64,000 bases of DNA from Nemertoderma westbladi (lineage: Eukaryota > Animalia > Xenacoelomorpha). Shown here in pieces: positions 25,201 through 41,362 of this stretch (its first letter is position 1; every line of letters starts with the position of its first letter). Location: contig JAUCBJ010001197.1 of NCBI GenBank assembly GCA_032718475.1, positions 1-64,000 on the forward strand, in the 5' to 3' direction. The notes below the pieces were generated by a model. The model saw only the letters and a program-made list of their open reading frames with translations. It was not told the origin of the DNA and did not search any database. The position numbers and the translations under genes are program-made.

Positions 25201-28200
25201 TGTTGGAAAACTACTCCACATAAAATCTAAAGTCACCCAATCGTGTTGGAAAACTACTCCACATAAAATCTAAAGTCACCCAATCGTGTTGGAAAACTAC
25301 TCCACATAAAATCCAAAGTCACCCAATCGTGTTGGAAAACTATTCCACATAAAATCTAAAGTCACCCAATCATGTTGGAAAACTACTCCACATAAAATCT
25401 AAAGTCACCCAATCGTGTTGGAAAACTATTCCACATAAAATCTAAAGTCACCCAATCGTGTTGGAAAACTACTCCATATAAAATCCAAAGTCACCCAATC
25501 GTGTTGAAAAACTACTCCACATAAAATCCAAAGTCACCCAATCGTGTTGGAAAACTATTCCACATAAAATCTAAAGTCACCCAATCGTGTTGGAAAACTA
25601 TTCTACATAAAATCTAAAGTCACCCAATCGTGTTGGAAAACTACTCCACATAAAATCCAAAGTCACCCAATCGTGTTGAAAAACTACTCCACATAAAATC
25701 CAAAGTCACCCAATCGTGTTGGAAAACTACTCCACATAAAATCTAAAGTCACCCAATCGTGTTGGAAAACTAGTCCACATAAAATCCAAAGTCACCCAAT
25801 CGTGTTGAAAAACTACTCCACATAAAATCCAAAGTCACCCAATCGTGTTGGAAAACTATTCCACATAAAATCTAAAGTCACCCAATCGTGTTGGAAAACT
25901 ACTCCACATAAAATCCAAAGTCACCCAATTGTGTTGGAAAACTATTCCACATAAAATCTGAAGTCACCCAATCGTGTTGGAAAACTACTCCACATAAAAT
26001 CCAAAGACACCCAATCGTGTTGGAAAACTACTCCACATAAAATCCAAAGTTACCCAATCGTGTTGGAAAACTACTCCACATAAAATCCAAAGTCACCCAA
26101 TCGTGTTGAAAAACTACTCCACATAAAATCTAAAGTCACCCAATCGTGTTGGAAAACTAGTCCACATAAAATCTAAAGTCAATCATGTTGAAAAACGACT
26201 CCACATAAAATCTAAAGTCACCCAATCGTGTTGGAAAACTACTCCACATAAAATCTAAAGTCAATCATGTTGGAAAACTACTCCACATAAAATCTAAAGT
26301 CACCCAATCGTGTTGGAAAACTACTCCACATAAAATCTAAAGTCAATCATGTTGGAAAGCTACTCCACATAAAATCTAAAGTCACCCAATCGTTTTGGAA
26401 AACTACTCCACGTAAAATCTAAAGTCCATCATGTTGGAAAACTACTCCACATAAAATCTAAAGTCACCCAATCGTGTTGGAAAACTACTCCACATAAAAT
26501 CCAAAGTCACCCAATCGTGTTGGAAAACTACTCCACATAAAATCTAAAGTCACCCAATCGTGTTGGAAAACTACTCCACATAAAATCCAAAGTCACCCAA
26601 TCGTGTTGGGAAACTACTCCACATAAAATCCAAAGTCACCCAATCGTGTTGGAAAACTACTCTACATAAAATCCAAAGTCACCCAATCGTGTTGGAAAAC
26701 TACTCCACATAAAATCCAAAGTCACCCAATCGTGTTGGAAAACTATTCCATATAAAATCTAAAGTTACCCAATCGTGTTGGAAAACTATTCCACATAAAA
26801 TCTAAAGTCACCCAATCGTGTTGGAAAACTACTCCACATAAAATCTAAAGTCACCCAATCGTGTTGGAAAACTACTCCACATAAAATCTAAAGTCAATCA
26901 TGTTGGAAAACTACTCCACATAAAATCTAAAGTCACCCAATCGTGTTGGAAAACTATTCCTCATAAAATCTAAAGTCACCCAATCGTGTTTGAAAACTAT
27001 TCCACATAAAATCTAAAGTCACCCAATCGTGCTGGAAAACTACTCCACATAAAATCTAAAGTCACCCAATCGTGTTGGAAAACTAGTCCACATAAAATCT
27101 AAAGTCACCCAATCGTTTTGGAAAACTACTCCACATAAAATCTAAAGTCCATCATGTTGGAAAACTACTCCACATAAAATCTAAAGTCACCCACTCGTGT
27201 TGGAAAACTACTCCACATAAAATCCAAAGTCACCCAATCGTGTTGGAAAACTACTCCACATAAAATCTAAAGTCACCCAATCGTGTTGGAAAACTACTCC
27301 ACATAAAATCCAAAGTCACCCAATCGTGTTGGGAAACTACTCCACATAAAATCCAAAGTCACCCAATCGTGTTGGAAAACTACTCTACATAAAATCCAAA
27401 GTCACCCAATCGTGTTGGAAAACTACTCCACATAAAATCCAAAGTCACCCAATCGTGTTGGAAAACTATTCCACATAAAATCTAAAGTTACCCAATCGTG
27501 TTGGAAAACTATTCCACATAAAATCGAAAGTCACCCAATCGTGTTGGAAAACTACTCCACATAAAATCTAATGTTACCCAATCGTGTTGGAAAACTACTC
27601 CACATAAAATCCAAAGACACCCAATCGTGTTGGAAAACTACTCCACATAAAATCCAAAGTCACCCAATTGTGTTGGAAAACTATTCCACATAAAATCTAA
27701 AGTCACCCAATCGTGTTGGAAAACTACTCCACATAAAATCCAAAGTTACCCAATCGTGTTGGAAAACTATTCCACATAAAATCTAAAGTCACCCAATCGT
27801 GTTGGAAAACTACTCCACATAAAATCCAAAGACACCCAATCGTGTTGGAAAACTACTCCACATAAAATCCAAAGTCACCCAATCGTGTTGGAAAACTATT
27901 CCACATAAAATCTAAAGTCAATCATGTTGGAAAACTACTCCACATAAAATCTAAAGTCACCCAATCGTGTTGGAAAACTACTCCACATAAAATCCAAAGT
28001 TACCCAATCGTGTTGGAAAACTATTCCACATAAAATCTAAAGTCACCCAATCGTGTTGGAAAACTACTCCACATACAATCCAAAGTCACCCAATCGTGTT
28101 GAAAAACTACTCCACATAAAATCTAAAGTCACCCAATCGTGTTGGAAAACTAGTCCAGATAAAATCTAAAGTCAATCATGTTGGAAAACTACTCCACATA

Positions 28201-31200
28201 AAATCTAAAGTCACCCAATCGTGTTGGAAAACTACTCCACATAAAATCTAAAGTTGCCCAATCGTGTTGGAAAACTATTCCACATAAAATCTAAAGTCAA
28301 TCATGTTGGAAAGCTACTCCACATATAATCTAAAGTCACCCAATCGTTTTGGAAAACTACTCCACATAAAATCTAAAGTCCATCATGTTGGAAAACTGCT
28401 CCACATAAAATCTAAAGTCACCCAATCGTGTTGGAAAACTACACCACATAAAATCCAAAGTCACCCAATCGTGTTGGAAAACTACTCCACATAAAATCTA
28501 AAGTCACCCAATCGTGTTGGAAAACTATTCCACATAAAATCCAAAGTTACCCAATCGTGTTGGAAAACTACTCCACATAAAATCTAAAGTCACCCAATCG
28601 TGTTGGAAAACTAGTCCACATAAAATCTAAAGTCAATCATGTTGGAAAACTACTCCACATAAAATCTAAAGTCACCCAATCGTGTTGGAAAACTACTCCA
28701 CATAAAATCTAAAGTCGCCCAATCGTGTTGGAAAACTATTCCACATAAAATCTAAAGTCAATCATGTTGGAAAGCTACTCCACATATAATCTAAAGTCAC
28801 CCAATCGTTTTGGAAAACTACTCCACATAAAATCTAAAGTCCATCATGTTGGAAAACTGCTCCACATAAAATCTAAAGTCACCCAATCGTGTTGGAAAAC
28901 TTCTCCACATAAAATCCAAAGTCACCCAATCGTGTTGGAAAACTACTCCACATAAAATCTAAAGTCACCCAATCGTGTTGGAAAACTACTCCACATAAAA
29001 TCCAAAGTTACCCAATCGTGTTGGAAAACTATTCCACATAAAATCTAAAGTCACCCAATCGTGTTGGAAAACTACTCCACATACAATCCAAAGTCACCCA
29101 ATCGTGTTGAAAAACTACTCCACATAAAATCTAAAGTCACCCAATCGTGTTGGAAAACTAGTCCACATAAAATCTAAAGTCAATCATGTTGGAAAACTAC
29201 TCCACATAAAATCTAAAGTCACCCAATCGTGTTGGAAAACTACTCCACATAAAATCTAAAGTCGCCCAATCGTGTTGGAAAACTATTCCACATAAAATCT
29301 AAAGTCAATCATGTTGGAAAGCTACTCCACATATAATCTAAAGTCACCCGATCGTTTTGGAAAACTACTCCACATAAAATCTAAAGTCCATCATGTTGGA
29401 AAACTGCTCCACATAAAATCTAAAGTCACCCAATCGTGTTGGAAAACTACTCCACATAAAATCCAAAGTCACCCAATCGTGTTGGAAAACTACTCCACAT
29501 AAAATCTAAAGTCACCCAATCGTGTTGGAAAACTACTCCACATAAAATCCAAAGTCACCCAATCGTGTTGGAAAACTACTCCACATAAAATCCAAACTCA
29601 CCCAATCGTGTTGGAAAACTACTCCACATAAAATCTAAAGTCACCCAATCGTGTTGGAAAACTACTCCACATAAAATCTAAAGTCACCCAATCGTGTTGG
29701 AAAACTACTCCACATAAAATCCAAAGTCACCCAATCGTGTTGGAAAACTATTCCACATAAAATCTAAAGTCACCCAATCGTGTTGGAAAACTACTCCACA
29801 TAAAATCTAACGTCACCCAATCGTGTTGGAAAACTATTCCACATAAAATCTAAAGTCACCCAATCGTGTTGGAAAACTACTCCATATAAAATCCAAAGTC
29901 ACCCAATCGTGTTGAAAAACTACTCCACATAAAATCCAAAGTCACCCAATCGTGTTGGAAAACTATTCCACATAAAATCTAAAGTCACCCAATCGTGTTG
30001 GAAAACTATTCCACATAAAATCTAAAGTCACCCAATCGTGTTGGAAAACTAGTCCACATAAAATCTAAAGTCAATCATGTTGGAAAACTACTCCACATAA
30101 AATCTAAAGTCACCCAATCGTGTTGGAAAACTACTCCACATAAAATGTAAAGTCGCCCAATCGTGTTGGAAAACTATTCCACATAAAATCTAAAGTCAAT
30201 CATGTTGGAAAGCTACTCCACATATTATAATCTAAAGTCACCCAATCGTTTTGGAAAACTACTCCACATAAAATCTAAAGTCCATCATGTTGGAAAACTG
30301 CTCCACATAAAATCTAAAGTCACCCAATCGTGTTGGAAAACTACTCCACATAAAATCCAAAGTCACCCAATCGTGTTGGAAAACTACTCCACATAAAATC
30401 TAAAGTCACCCAATCGTGTTGGAAAACTACTCCACATAAAATCCAAAGTTACCCAATAGTGTTGGAAAACTATTCCACATAAAATCTAAAGTCACCCAAT
30501 CGTGTTGGAAAACTACTCCACATACAATCCAAAGTCACCCAATCGTGTTGAAAAACTACTCCACATAAAATCTAAAGTCACCCAATCGTGTTGGAAAACT
30601 AGTCCACATAAAATCTAAAGTCAATCATGTTGGAAAACTACTCCACATAAAATCTAAAGTCACCCAATCGTGTTGGAAAACTACTCCACATAAAATCTAA
30701 AGTCGCCCAATCGTGTTGGAAAACTATTCCACATAAAATCTAAAGTCAATCATGTTGGAAAGCTACTCCACATATAATCTAAAGTCACCCTATCGTTTTG
30801 GAAAACTACTCCACATAAAATCTAAAGTCCATCATGTTGGAAAACTGCTCCACATAAAATCTAAAGTCACCCAATCGTGTTGGAAAACTACTCCACATAA
30901 AATCCAAAGTCACCCAATCGTGTTGGAAAACTACTCCACATAAAATCTAAAGTCACCCAATCGTGTTGGAAAACTACTCCACATAAAATCCAAAGTCACC
31001 CAATCGTGTTGGAAAACTACTCCACATAAAATCCAAACTCACCCAATCGTGTTGGAAAACTACTCCACATAAAATCTAAAGTCACCCAATCGTGTTGGAA
31101 AACTACTCCACATAAAATCTAAAGTCACCCAATCGTGTTGGATAACTACTCCACATAAAATCCAAAGTCACCCAATCGTGTTGGAAAACTATTCCACATA

Positions 31201-34200
31201 AAATCTAAAGTCACCCAATCGTGTTGGAAAACTACTCCACATAAAATCTAAAGTCACCCAATCGTGTTGGAAAACTATTCCACATAAAATCTAAAGTCAC
31301 CCAATCGTGTTGGAAAACTACTCCATATAAAATCCAAAGTCACCCAATCGTGTTGAAAAACTACTCCACATAAAATCCAAAGTCACCCAATCATGTTGGA
31401 AAACTATTCCACATAAAATCTAAAGTCACCCAATCGTGTTGGAAAACTATTCTACATAAAATCTAAAGTCACCCAATCGTGTTGGAAAACTACTCCACAT
31501 AAAATCCAAAGTCACCCAATCGTGTTGAAAAACTACTCCACATAAAATCCAAAGTCACCCAATCGTGTTGGAAAACTACTCCACATAAAATCTAAAGTCA
31601 CCCAATCGTGTTGGAAAACTAGTCCACATAAAATCCAAAGTCACCCAATCGTGTTGAAAAACTACTCCACATAAAATCCAAAGTCACCCAATCGTGTTGG
31701 AAAACTATTCCACATAAAATCTAAAGTCACCCAATCGTGTTGGAAAACTACTCCACATAAAATCCAAAGTCACCCAATTGTGTTGGAAAACTATTCCACA
31801 TAAAATCTGAAGTCACCCAATCGTGTTGGAAAACTACTCCACATAAAATCCAAAGACACCCAATCGTGTTGGAAAACTATTCCACATAAAATCTAAAGTC
31901 AATCATGTTGGAAAGCTACTCCACATATAATCTAAAGTCACCCAATCGTTTTGGAAAACTACTCCACATAAAATCTAAAGTCCATCATGTTGGAAAACTG
32001 CTCCACATAAAATCTAAAGTCACCCAATCGTGTTGGAAAACTACTCCACATAAAATCCAAAGTCACCCAATCGTGTTGGAAAACTACTCCACATAAAATC
32101 TAAAGTCACCCAATCGTGTTGGAAAACTACTCCACATAAAATCCAAAGTCACCCAATCGTGTTGGAAAACTACTCCACATAAAATCCAAACTCACCCAAT
32201 CGTGTTGGAAAACTACTCCACATAAAATCTAAAGTCACCCAATCGTGTTGGAAAACTACTCCACATAAAATCTAAAGTCACCCAATCGTGTTGGAAAACT
32301 ACTCCACATAAAATCCAAAGTCACCCAATCGTGTTGGAAAACTATTCCACATAAAATCTAAAGTCACCCAATCGTGTTGGAAAACTACTCCACATAAAAT
32401 CTAAAGTCACCCAATCGTGTTGGAAAACTATTCCACATAAAATCTAAAGTCACCCAATCGTGTTGGAAAACTACTCCATATAAAATCCAAAGTCACCCAA
32501 TCGTGTTGAAAAACTACTCCACATAAAATCCAAAGTCACCCAATCATGTTGGAAAACTATTCCACATAAAATCTAAAGTCACCCAATCGTGTTGGAAAAC
32601 TATTCTACATAAAATCTAAAGTCACCCAATCGTGTTGGAAAACTACTCCACATAAAATCCAAAGTCACCCAATCGTGTTGAAAAACTACTCCACATAAAA
32701 TCCAAAGTCACCCAATCGTGTTGGAAAACTACTCCACATAAAATCTAAAGTCACCCAATCGTGTTGGAAAACTAGTCCACATAAAATCCAAAGTCACCCA
32801 ATCGTGTTGAAAAACTACTCCACATAAAATCCAAAGTCACCCAATCGTGTTGGAAAACTATTCCACATAAAATCTAAAGTCACCCAATCGTGTTGGAAAA
32901 CTACTCCACATAAAATCCAAAGTCACCCAATTGTGTTGGAAAACTATTCCACATAAAATCTGAAGTCACCCAATCGTGTTGGAAAACTACTCCACATAAA
33001 ATCCAAAGACACCCAATCGTGTTGGAAAACTACTCCACATAAAATCCAAAGTTACCCAATCGTGTTGGAAAACTACTCCACATAAAATCCAAAGTCACCC
33101 AATCGTGTTGAAAAACTACTCCACATAAAATCTAAAGTCACCCAATCGTGATGGAAAACTAGTCCACATAAAATCTAAAGTCAATCATGTTGAAAAACTA
33201 CTCCACATAAAATCTAAAGTCACCCAATCGTGTTGGAAAACTACTCCACATAAAATCTAAAGTCAATCATGTTGGAAAACTACTCCACATAAAATCTAAA
33301 GTCACCCAATCGTGTTGGAAAACTACTCCACATAAAATCTAAAGTCAATCATGTTGGAAAGCTACTCCACATAAAATCTAAAGTCACCCAATCGTTTTGG
33401 AAAACTACTCCACGTAAAATCTAAAGTCCATCATGTTGGAAAACTACTCCACATAAAATCTAAAGTCACCCAATCGTGTTGGAAAACTACTCCACATAAA
33501 ATCCAAAGTCACCCAATCGTGTTGGAAAACTACTCCACATAAAATCTAAAGTCACCCAATCGTGTTGGAAAACTACTCCACATAAAATCCAAAGTCACCC
33601 AATCGTGTTGGGAAACTACTCCACATAAAAACCAAAGTCACCCAATCGTGTTGGAAAACTACTCTACATAAAATCCAAAGTCACCCAATCGTGTTGGAAA
33701 ACTACTCCACATAAAATCCAAAGTCACCCAATCGTGTTGGAAAACTATTCCATATAAAATCTAAAGTTACCCAATCGTGTTGGAAAACTATTCCACATAA
33801 AATCTAAAGTCACCCAATCGTGTTGGAAAACTACTCCACATAAAATCTAAAGTCACCCAATCGTGTTGGAAAACTACTCCACATAAAATCTAAAGTCAAT
33901 CATGTTGGAAAACTACTCCACATAAAATCTAAAGTCACCCAATCGTGTTGGAAAACTATTCCACATAAAATCTAAAGTCACCCAATCGTGTTTGAAAACT
34001 ATTCCACATAAAATCTAAAGTCACCCAATCGTGTTGGAAAACTACTCCACATAAAATCTAAAGTCACCCAATCGTGTTGGAAAACTAGTCCACATAAAAT
34101 CTAAAGTCACCCAATCGTTTTGGAAAACTACTCCACATAAAATCTAAAGTCCATCATGTTGGAAAACTACTCCACATAAAATCTAAAGTCACCCACTCGT

Positions 34201-37200
34201 GTTGGAAAACTACTCCACATAAAATCCAAAGTCACCCAATCGTGTTGGAAAACTACTCCACATAAAATCTAAAGTCACCCAATCGTGTTGGAAAACTACT
34301 CCATATAAAATCCAAAGTCACCCAATCGTGTTGGAAAACTACTCCACATAAAATCTAAAGTTACCCAATCGTGTTGGAAAACTACTCCACATAAAATCCA
34401 AAGACACCCAATCGTGTTGGAAAACTACTCCACATAAAATCCAAAGTCACCCAATCGTGTTGGAAAACTACTCCACATAAAATCTAAAGTCACCCAATCA
34501 TGTTGGAAAACTACTCCACATAAAATCCAAAGTTACCCAATCGTGTTGGAAAACTATTCCACATAAAATCTAAAGTCACCCAATCGTGTTGGAAAACTAC
34601 TCCACATAAAATCCAAAGACACCCAATCGTGTTGGAAAACTACTCCACATAAAATCCAAAGTCACCCAATCGTGTTGGAAAACTATTCCACATAAAATCT
34701 AAAGTCAATCATGTTGGAAAACTACTCCACATAAAATCTAAAGTCACCCAATCGTGTTGGAAAACTACTCCACATAAAATCCAAAGTTACCCAATCGTGT
34801 TGGAAAACTATTCCACATAAAATCTAAAGTCACCCAATCATGTTGGAAAACTACTCCACATAAAATCCAAAGACACCCAATCGTGTTGGAAAACTACTCC
34901 ACATAAAATCCAAAGTTACCCAATCGTGTTGGAAAACTACTCCACATAAAATCCAAAGTCACCCAATCGTGTTGAAAAACTACTCCACATAAAATCTAAA
35001 GTCACCCAATCGTGTTGGAAAACTAGTCCACATAAAATCTAAAGTCAATCATGTTGAAAAACTACTCCACATAAAATCTAAAGTCACCCAATCGTGTTGG
35101 AAAACTACTCCACATAAAATCTAAAGTCAATCATGTTGGAAAACTACTCCACATAAAATCTAAAGTCACCCAATCGTGTTGGAAAACTACTCCACATAAA
35201 ATCTAAAGTCAATCATGTTGGAAAGCTACTCCACATAAAATCCAAAGTCACCCAATCGTGTTGGAAAACTACTCCACATAAAATCCAAAGTCACCCAATC
35301 GTGTTGGAAAACTATTCCATATAAAATCTAAAGTTACCCAATCGTGTTGGAAAACTATTCCACATAAAATCTAAAGTCACCCAATCGTGTTGGAAAACTA
35401 CTCCACATAAAATCTAAAGTCACCCAATCGTGTTGGAAAACTACTCCACATAAAATCTAAAGTCAATCATGTTGGAAAACTACTCCACATAAAATCTAAA
35501 GTCACCCAATCGTGTTGGAAAACTATTCCACATAAAATCTAAAGTCACCCAATCGTGTTTGAAAACTATTCCACATAAAATCTAAAGTCACCCAATCGTG
35601 TTGGAAAACTACTCCACATAAAATCTAAAGTCACCCAATCGTGTTGGAAAACTAGTCCACATAAAATCTAAAGTCACCCAATCGTTTTGGAAAACTACTC
35701 CACATAAAATCTAAAGTCCATCATGTTGGAAAACTACTCCACATAAAATCTAAAGTCACCCACTCGTGTTGGAAAACTACTCCACATAAAATCCAAAGTC
35801 ACCCAATCGTGTTGGAAAACTACTCCACATAAAATCTAAAGTCACCCAATCGTGTTGGAAAACTACTCCATATAAAATCCAAAGTCACCCAATCGTGTTG
35901 GAAAACTACTCCACATAAAATCTAAAGTTACCCAATCGTGTTGGAAAACTACTCCACATAAAATCCAAAGACACCCAATCGTGTTGGAAAACTACTCCAC
36001 ATAAAATCCAAAGTCACCCAATCGTGTTGGAAAACTACTCCACATAAAATCTAAAGTCACCCAATCATGTTGGAAAACTACTCCACATAAAATCCAAAGT
36101 TACCCAATCGTGTTGGAAAACTATTCCACATAAAATCTAAAGTCACCCAATCGTGTTGGAAAACTACTCCACATAAAATCCAAAGACACCCAATCGTGTT
36201 GGAAAACTACTCCACATAAAATCCAAAGTCACCCAATCGTGTTGGAAAACTATTCCACATAAAATCTAAAGTCAATCATGTTGGAAAACTACTCCACATA
36301 AAATCTAAAGTCACCCAATCGTGTTGGAAAACTACTCCACATAAAATCCAAAGTTACCCAATCGTGTTGGAAAACTATTCCACATAAAATCTAAAGTCAC
36401 CCAATCGTGTTGGAAAACTACTCCACATACAATCCAAAGTCACCCAATCGTGTTGAAAAACTACTCCACATAAAATCTAAAGTCACCCAATCGTGTTGGA
36501 AAACTAGTCCACATAAAATCTAAAGTCAATCATGTTGGAAAACTACTCCACATAAAATCTAAAGTCACCCAATCGTGTTGGAAAACTACTCCACATAAAA
36601 TCTAAAGTCGCCCAATCGTGTTGGAAAACTATTCCACATAAAATCTAAAGTCAATCATGTTGGAAAGCTACTCCACATATAATCTAAAGTCACCCAATCG
36701 TTTTGGAAAACTACTCCACATAAAATCTAAAGTCCATCATGTTGGAAAACTGCTCCACATAAAATCTAAAGTCACCCAATCGTGTTGGAAAACTACTCCA
36801 CATAAAATCCAAAGTCACCCAATCGTGTTGGAAAACTACTCCACATAAAATCTAAAGTCACCCAATCGTGTTGGAAAACTATTCCACTTAAAATCCAAAG
36901 TTACCCAATCGTGTTGGAAAACTACTCCACATAAAATCTAAAGTCACCCAATCGTGTTGGAAAACTAGTCCACATAAAATCTAAAGTCAATTATGTTGGA
37001 AAACTACTCCACATAAAATCTAAAGTCACCCAATCGTGTTGGAAAACTACTCCACATAAAATCTAAAGTCACCCAATCGTGTTGGAAAACTATTCCACAT
37101 AAAATCTAAAGTCAATCATGTTGGAAAGCTACTCCACATATAATCTAAAGTCACCCAATCGTTTTGGAAAACTACTCCACATAAAATCTAAAGTCCATCA

Positions 37201-40200
37201 TGTTGGAAAACTGCTCCACATAAAATCTAAAGTCACCCAATCATGTTGGAAAACTACTCCACATAAAATCCAAAGTCACCCAATCGTGTTGGAAAACTAC
37301 TCCACATAAAATCTAAAGTCACCCAATCGTGTTGGAAAACTACTCCACATAAAATCCAAAGTTACCCAATCGTGTTGGAAAACTATTCCACATAAAATCT
37401 AAAGTCACCCAATCGTGTTGGAAAACTACTCCACATACAATCCAAAGTCACCCAATCGTGTTGAAAAACTACTCCACATAAAATCTAAAGTCACCCAATC
37501 GTGTTGGAAAACTAGTCCACATAAAATCTAAAGTCAATCATGTTGGAAAACTACTCCACATAAAATCTAAAGTCACCCAATCGTGTTGGAAAACTACTCC
37601 ACATAAAATCTAAAGTCGCCCAATCGTGTTGGAAAACTATTCCACATAAAATCTAAAGTCAATCATGTTGGAAAGCTACTCCACATATAATCTAAAGTCA
37701 CCCAATCGTTTTGGAAAACTACTCCACATAAAATCCAAACTCACCCAATCGTGTTGGAAAACTACTCCACATAAAATCTAAAGTCACCCAATCGTGTTGG
37801 AAAACTACTCCACATAAAATCTAAAGTCACCCAATCGTGTTGGAAAACTATTCCACATAAAATCTAAAGTCACCCAATCGTGTTGGAAAACTACTCCATA
37901 TAAAATCCAAAGTCACCCAATCGTGTTGAAAAACTACTCCACATAAAATCCAAAGTCACCCAATCGTGTTGGAAAACTATTCCACATAAAATCTAAAGTC
38001 ACCCAATCGTGTTGGAAAACTATACCACATAAAATCTAAAGTCACCCAATCGTGTTGGAAAACTAGTCCACATAAAATCTAAAGTCAATCATGTTGGAAA
38101 ACTACTCCACATAAAATCTAAAGTCACCCAATCGTGTTGGAAAACTACTCCACATAAAATCTAAAGTCGCCCAATCGTGTTGGAAAACTATTCCACATAA
38201 AATCTAAAGTCAATCATGTTGGAAAGCTACTCCACATATAATCTAAAGTCACCCAATCGTTTTGGAAAACTACTCCACATAAAATCTAAAGTCCATCATG
38301 TTGGAAAACTGCTCCACATAAAATCTAAAGTCACCCAATCGTGTTGGAAAACTACTCCACATAAAATCCAAAGTCACCCAATCGTGTTGGAAAACTACTC
38401 CACATAAAATCTAAAGTCACCCAATCGTGTTGGAAAACTACTCCACATAAAATCTAAAGTCACCCAATCGTGTTGGAAAACTATTCCACATAAAATCTAA
38501 AGTCACCCAATCGTGTTGGAAAACTACTCCACATAAAATCCAAAGTCACCCAATCGTGTTGGAAAACTACTCCACATAAAATCCAAACTCACCCAATCGT
38601 GTTGGAAAACTACTCCACATAAAATCCAAAGTCACCCAATCGTGTTGGAAAACTACTCCATATAAAATCCAAAGTCACCCAATCGTGTTGGAAAACTATT
38701 CCACATAAAGTCTAAAGTCACCAAATCGTGTTGGAAAACTATTCCACATAAAATCTAAAGTCACCCAATCGTGTTGGAAAACTACTCCACATAAAATCTA
38801 AAGTCACCCAATCGTGTTGGAAAACTACTCCACATAAAATCCAAAGTCACCCAATCGTGTTGAAAAACTACTCCACATAAAATCCAAAGTCACCCAATCG
38901 TGTTGGAAAACTATTCCACATAAAATCTAAAGTCACCCAATCGTGTTGGAAAACTACTCCACATAAAATCTAAAGTCACCCAATCGTGTTGGAAAACTAC
39001 TCCACATAAAATCTAAAGTCAATCATGTTGGAAAACTACTCCACATAAAATCTAAAGTCACCCAATCGTGTTGGAAAACTACTCCACATAAAATCCAAAG
39101 ACACCCAATCGTGTTGGAAAACTATTCCACATAAAATCTAAAGTCACCCAATCATGTTGAAAAACTACTCCACATAAAATCTAAAGTCAATCATGTTGGA
39201 AAGCTACTCCACATAAAATCTAAAGTCACCCAATCGTTTTGGAAAACTACTCCACATAAAATCTAAAGTCCATCATGTTGGAAAACTACTCCACATAAAA
39301 TCTAAAGTCACCCAATCGTGTTGGAAAACTACTCCACATAAAATCCAAAGTCACCCAATCGTGTTGGGAAACTACTTCACATAAAATCCAAAGTCACCCA
39401 ATCGTGTTGCAAAACTACTCTACATAAAATCCAAAGTCACCCAATCGTGTTGGAAAACTACTCTACATAAAATCCAAAGTCACCCAATCGTGTTGGAAAA
39501 CTATTCCACATAAAATCTAAAGTCACCCAATCGTGTTGGAAAACTATTCCACATAAAATCTAAAGTCACCCAATCGTGTTGGAAAACTACTCCACATAAA
39601 ATCTAAAGTCACCCAATCGTGTTGGAAAACTACTCCACATAAAATCTAAAGTCACCCAATCGTGTTGGAAAACTACTCCACATAAAATCTAAAGTCACCC
39701 AATCGTGTTGGAAAACTACTCCACATAAAATCTAAAGTCACCCAATCGTGTTGGAAAACTATTCCACATAAAATCTAAAGTCACCCAATAGTGTTGGAAA
39801 ACTACTCCACATAAAATCTAAAGTCACCCAATCGTGTTGGAAAACTACTCTACATAAAATCTAAAGTCACCCAATCGTGTTGGAAAACTATTCCACATAA
39901 AATCTAAAGTAAATCATGTTGGAAAACTACTCCACATAAAATCTAAAGTCACCCAATCGTGTTGGAAAACTATTCCACATAAAATCTAAAGTCACCCAAT
40001 CGTGTTGGAAAGCTACTCCATATAAAATCTAAAGTCACCCCATCGTGTTGGAAAACTACTCCACATAAAATCTAAAGTCACCCAATCGTGTTGGAAAACT
40101 ATTCCACATAAAATCTAAAGTCAATAATCATGTTGGAAAACTACTCCACATAAAATCTAAAGTCACCCAATCGTGTTGGAAAACTACTCCACATAAAATC

Positions 40201-40804
40201 TAAAGTCAATCATATTGGAAAACTACTCCACATAAAATCTAAAGTCACCCAATCGTGTTGGAAAACTATTCCACATAAAATCTAAAGTCACCCAATCGTG
40301 TTGGAAAACTATTCCACATAAAATCTAAAGTCACCCAATCGTGTTGGAAAACTACTCCACATAAAATCTAAAGTCACCCAATCGTGTTGGAAAGCTACTC
40401 CACATAAAATCTAAAGTCACCCAATCGTGTTGGAAAACTACTCCACATAAAATCTAAAGTCACCCAATCGTGTTGGAAGACTACTCCACATAAAATCTAA
40501 AGTCACCCAATCGTGTTGGATAACTATTCCACATAAAATCTAAAGTCAATCATGTTGGAAAACTACTCCACATAAAATCTAAAGTCACCCAATCGTGTTG
40601 GAAAACTATTCCACATAAAATCTAAAGTCACCCAATCGTGTTGGAAAACTATTCCACATAAAATCTAAAGTCAATCATGTTGGAAAACTACTCCACATAA
40701 AATCTAAAGTCACCCAATCGTGTTGGAAAACTATTCCACATAAAATCTAAAGTCACCCAATCGTGTTGGAAAACTACTCCACATAAAATCTAAAGTCACC
40801 CAAT
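22296..40804. repeat. 43-bp satellite (ctactccacataaaatctaaagtcacccaatcgtgttggaaaa)n with 39-bp deletion variants and higher-order structure, block 1
   Basis: Continuous tandem monomers. A diagnostic variant cassette recurs at 23091, 23509, 24056, 24903, 28303, 28764, 29311, 30202, 30752, 31905, 36657, 37118 and 38216. Confidence 0.97.
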
Positions 40805-41353
40805 TGTGACGGGATCCAGATGAGATCCCGGTTTATCCGTTTGTTAGTTCACTCGTCCCCGCCGTGTATGAAAGATAAAGGAGTTTGTGCTGTTCGTCGT
40901 ATATAATATTTGGGTATACAGATATAGATATAGGTATAGATATGAGATAATATGGTTGTTGTATACGGAAGGCGGGATACGGTAACTAAAGTCCCGGTCC
41001 TTCCCTAGCTAAACTATCTAACCTAAACTAGCACCAATATTGCACTGAGATAACTGAACTGATATGTTTACTGCCAAGTGGCTATATTGCACGGTTGGCC
41101 TTGTTACTCTACCTAATCGATGCCTTTCCCCCCTCTGATTGGTTGATACCCTTGTTGGCGCCCTTTGGAGTGTTCCCGTTCACTCCACCTGTTCTCTCTG
41201 GGTTAGGGGTTTGGCCCCTGACCCTCATTGTGTGCTTCTCCTTCCCATTCTTATTGGGGTGGCACGAGTTGGTTGATTACCCAATCTCATGGCTCCCAAT
41301 ATTGCTTATCAGCTTAACTTTATGGGGTGTTAGCGGGATTGAATAAGCTAACA
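40805..41353 (-). repeat. 3' LTR (549 bp)
   Basis: + strand reads tgtgacggg...agctaaca. I found 3 substitutions relative to the other LTR by eye. Confidence 0.96.
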
Positions 41354-41362
41354 CTCCCCCCC
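41354..41362 (-). promoter_or_regulatory. Polypurine tract (plus-strand primer site)
   Basis: - strand gggggggag lies immediately before the 3' LTR start tgttagc. Confidence 0.85.

Noticed and set aside
23091-38407. Thirteen near-identical 63-aa ORFs (MLESYSTYNLK...)
   Set aside because: By-product of a satellite variant cassette that removes a stop codon; useful only as a higher-order repeat marker.
41095-41346. 83-aa hydrophobic ORF, repeated at 54768-55019
   Set aside because: Lies within the LTRs, antisense to the element, starts at TTG and has no recognisable motif.
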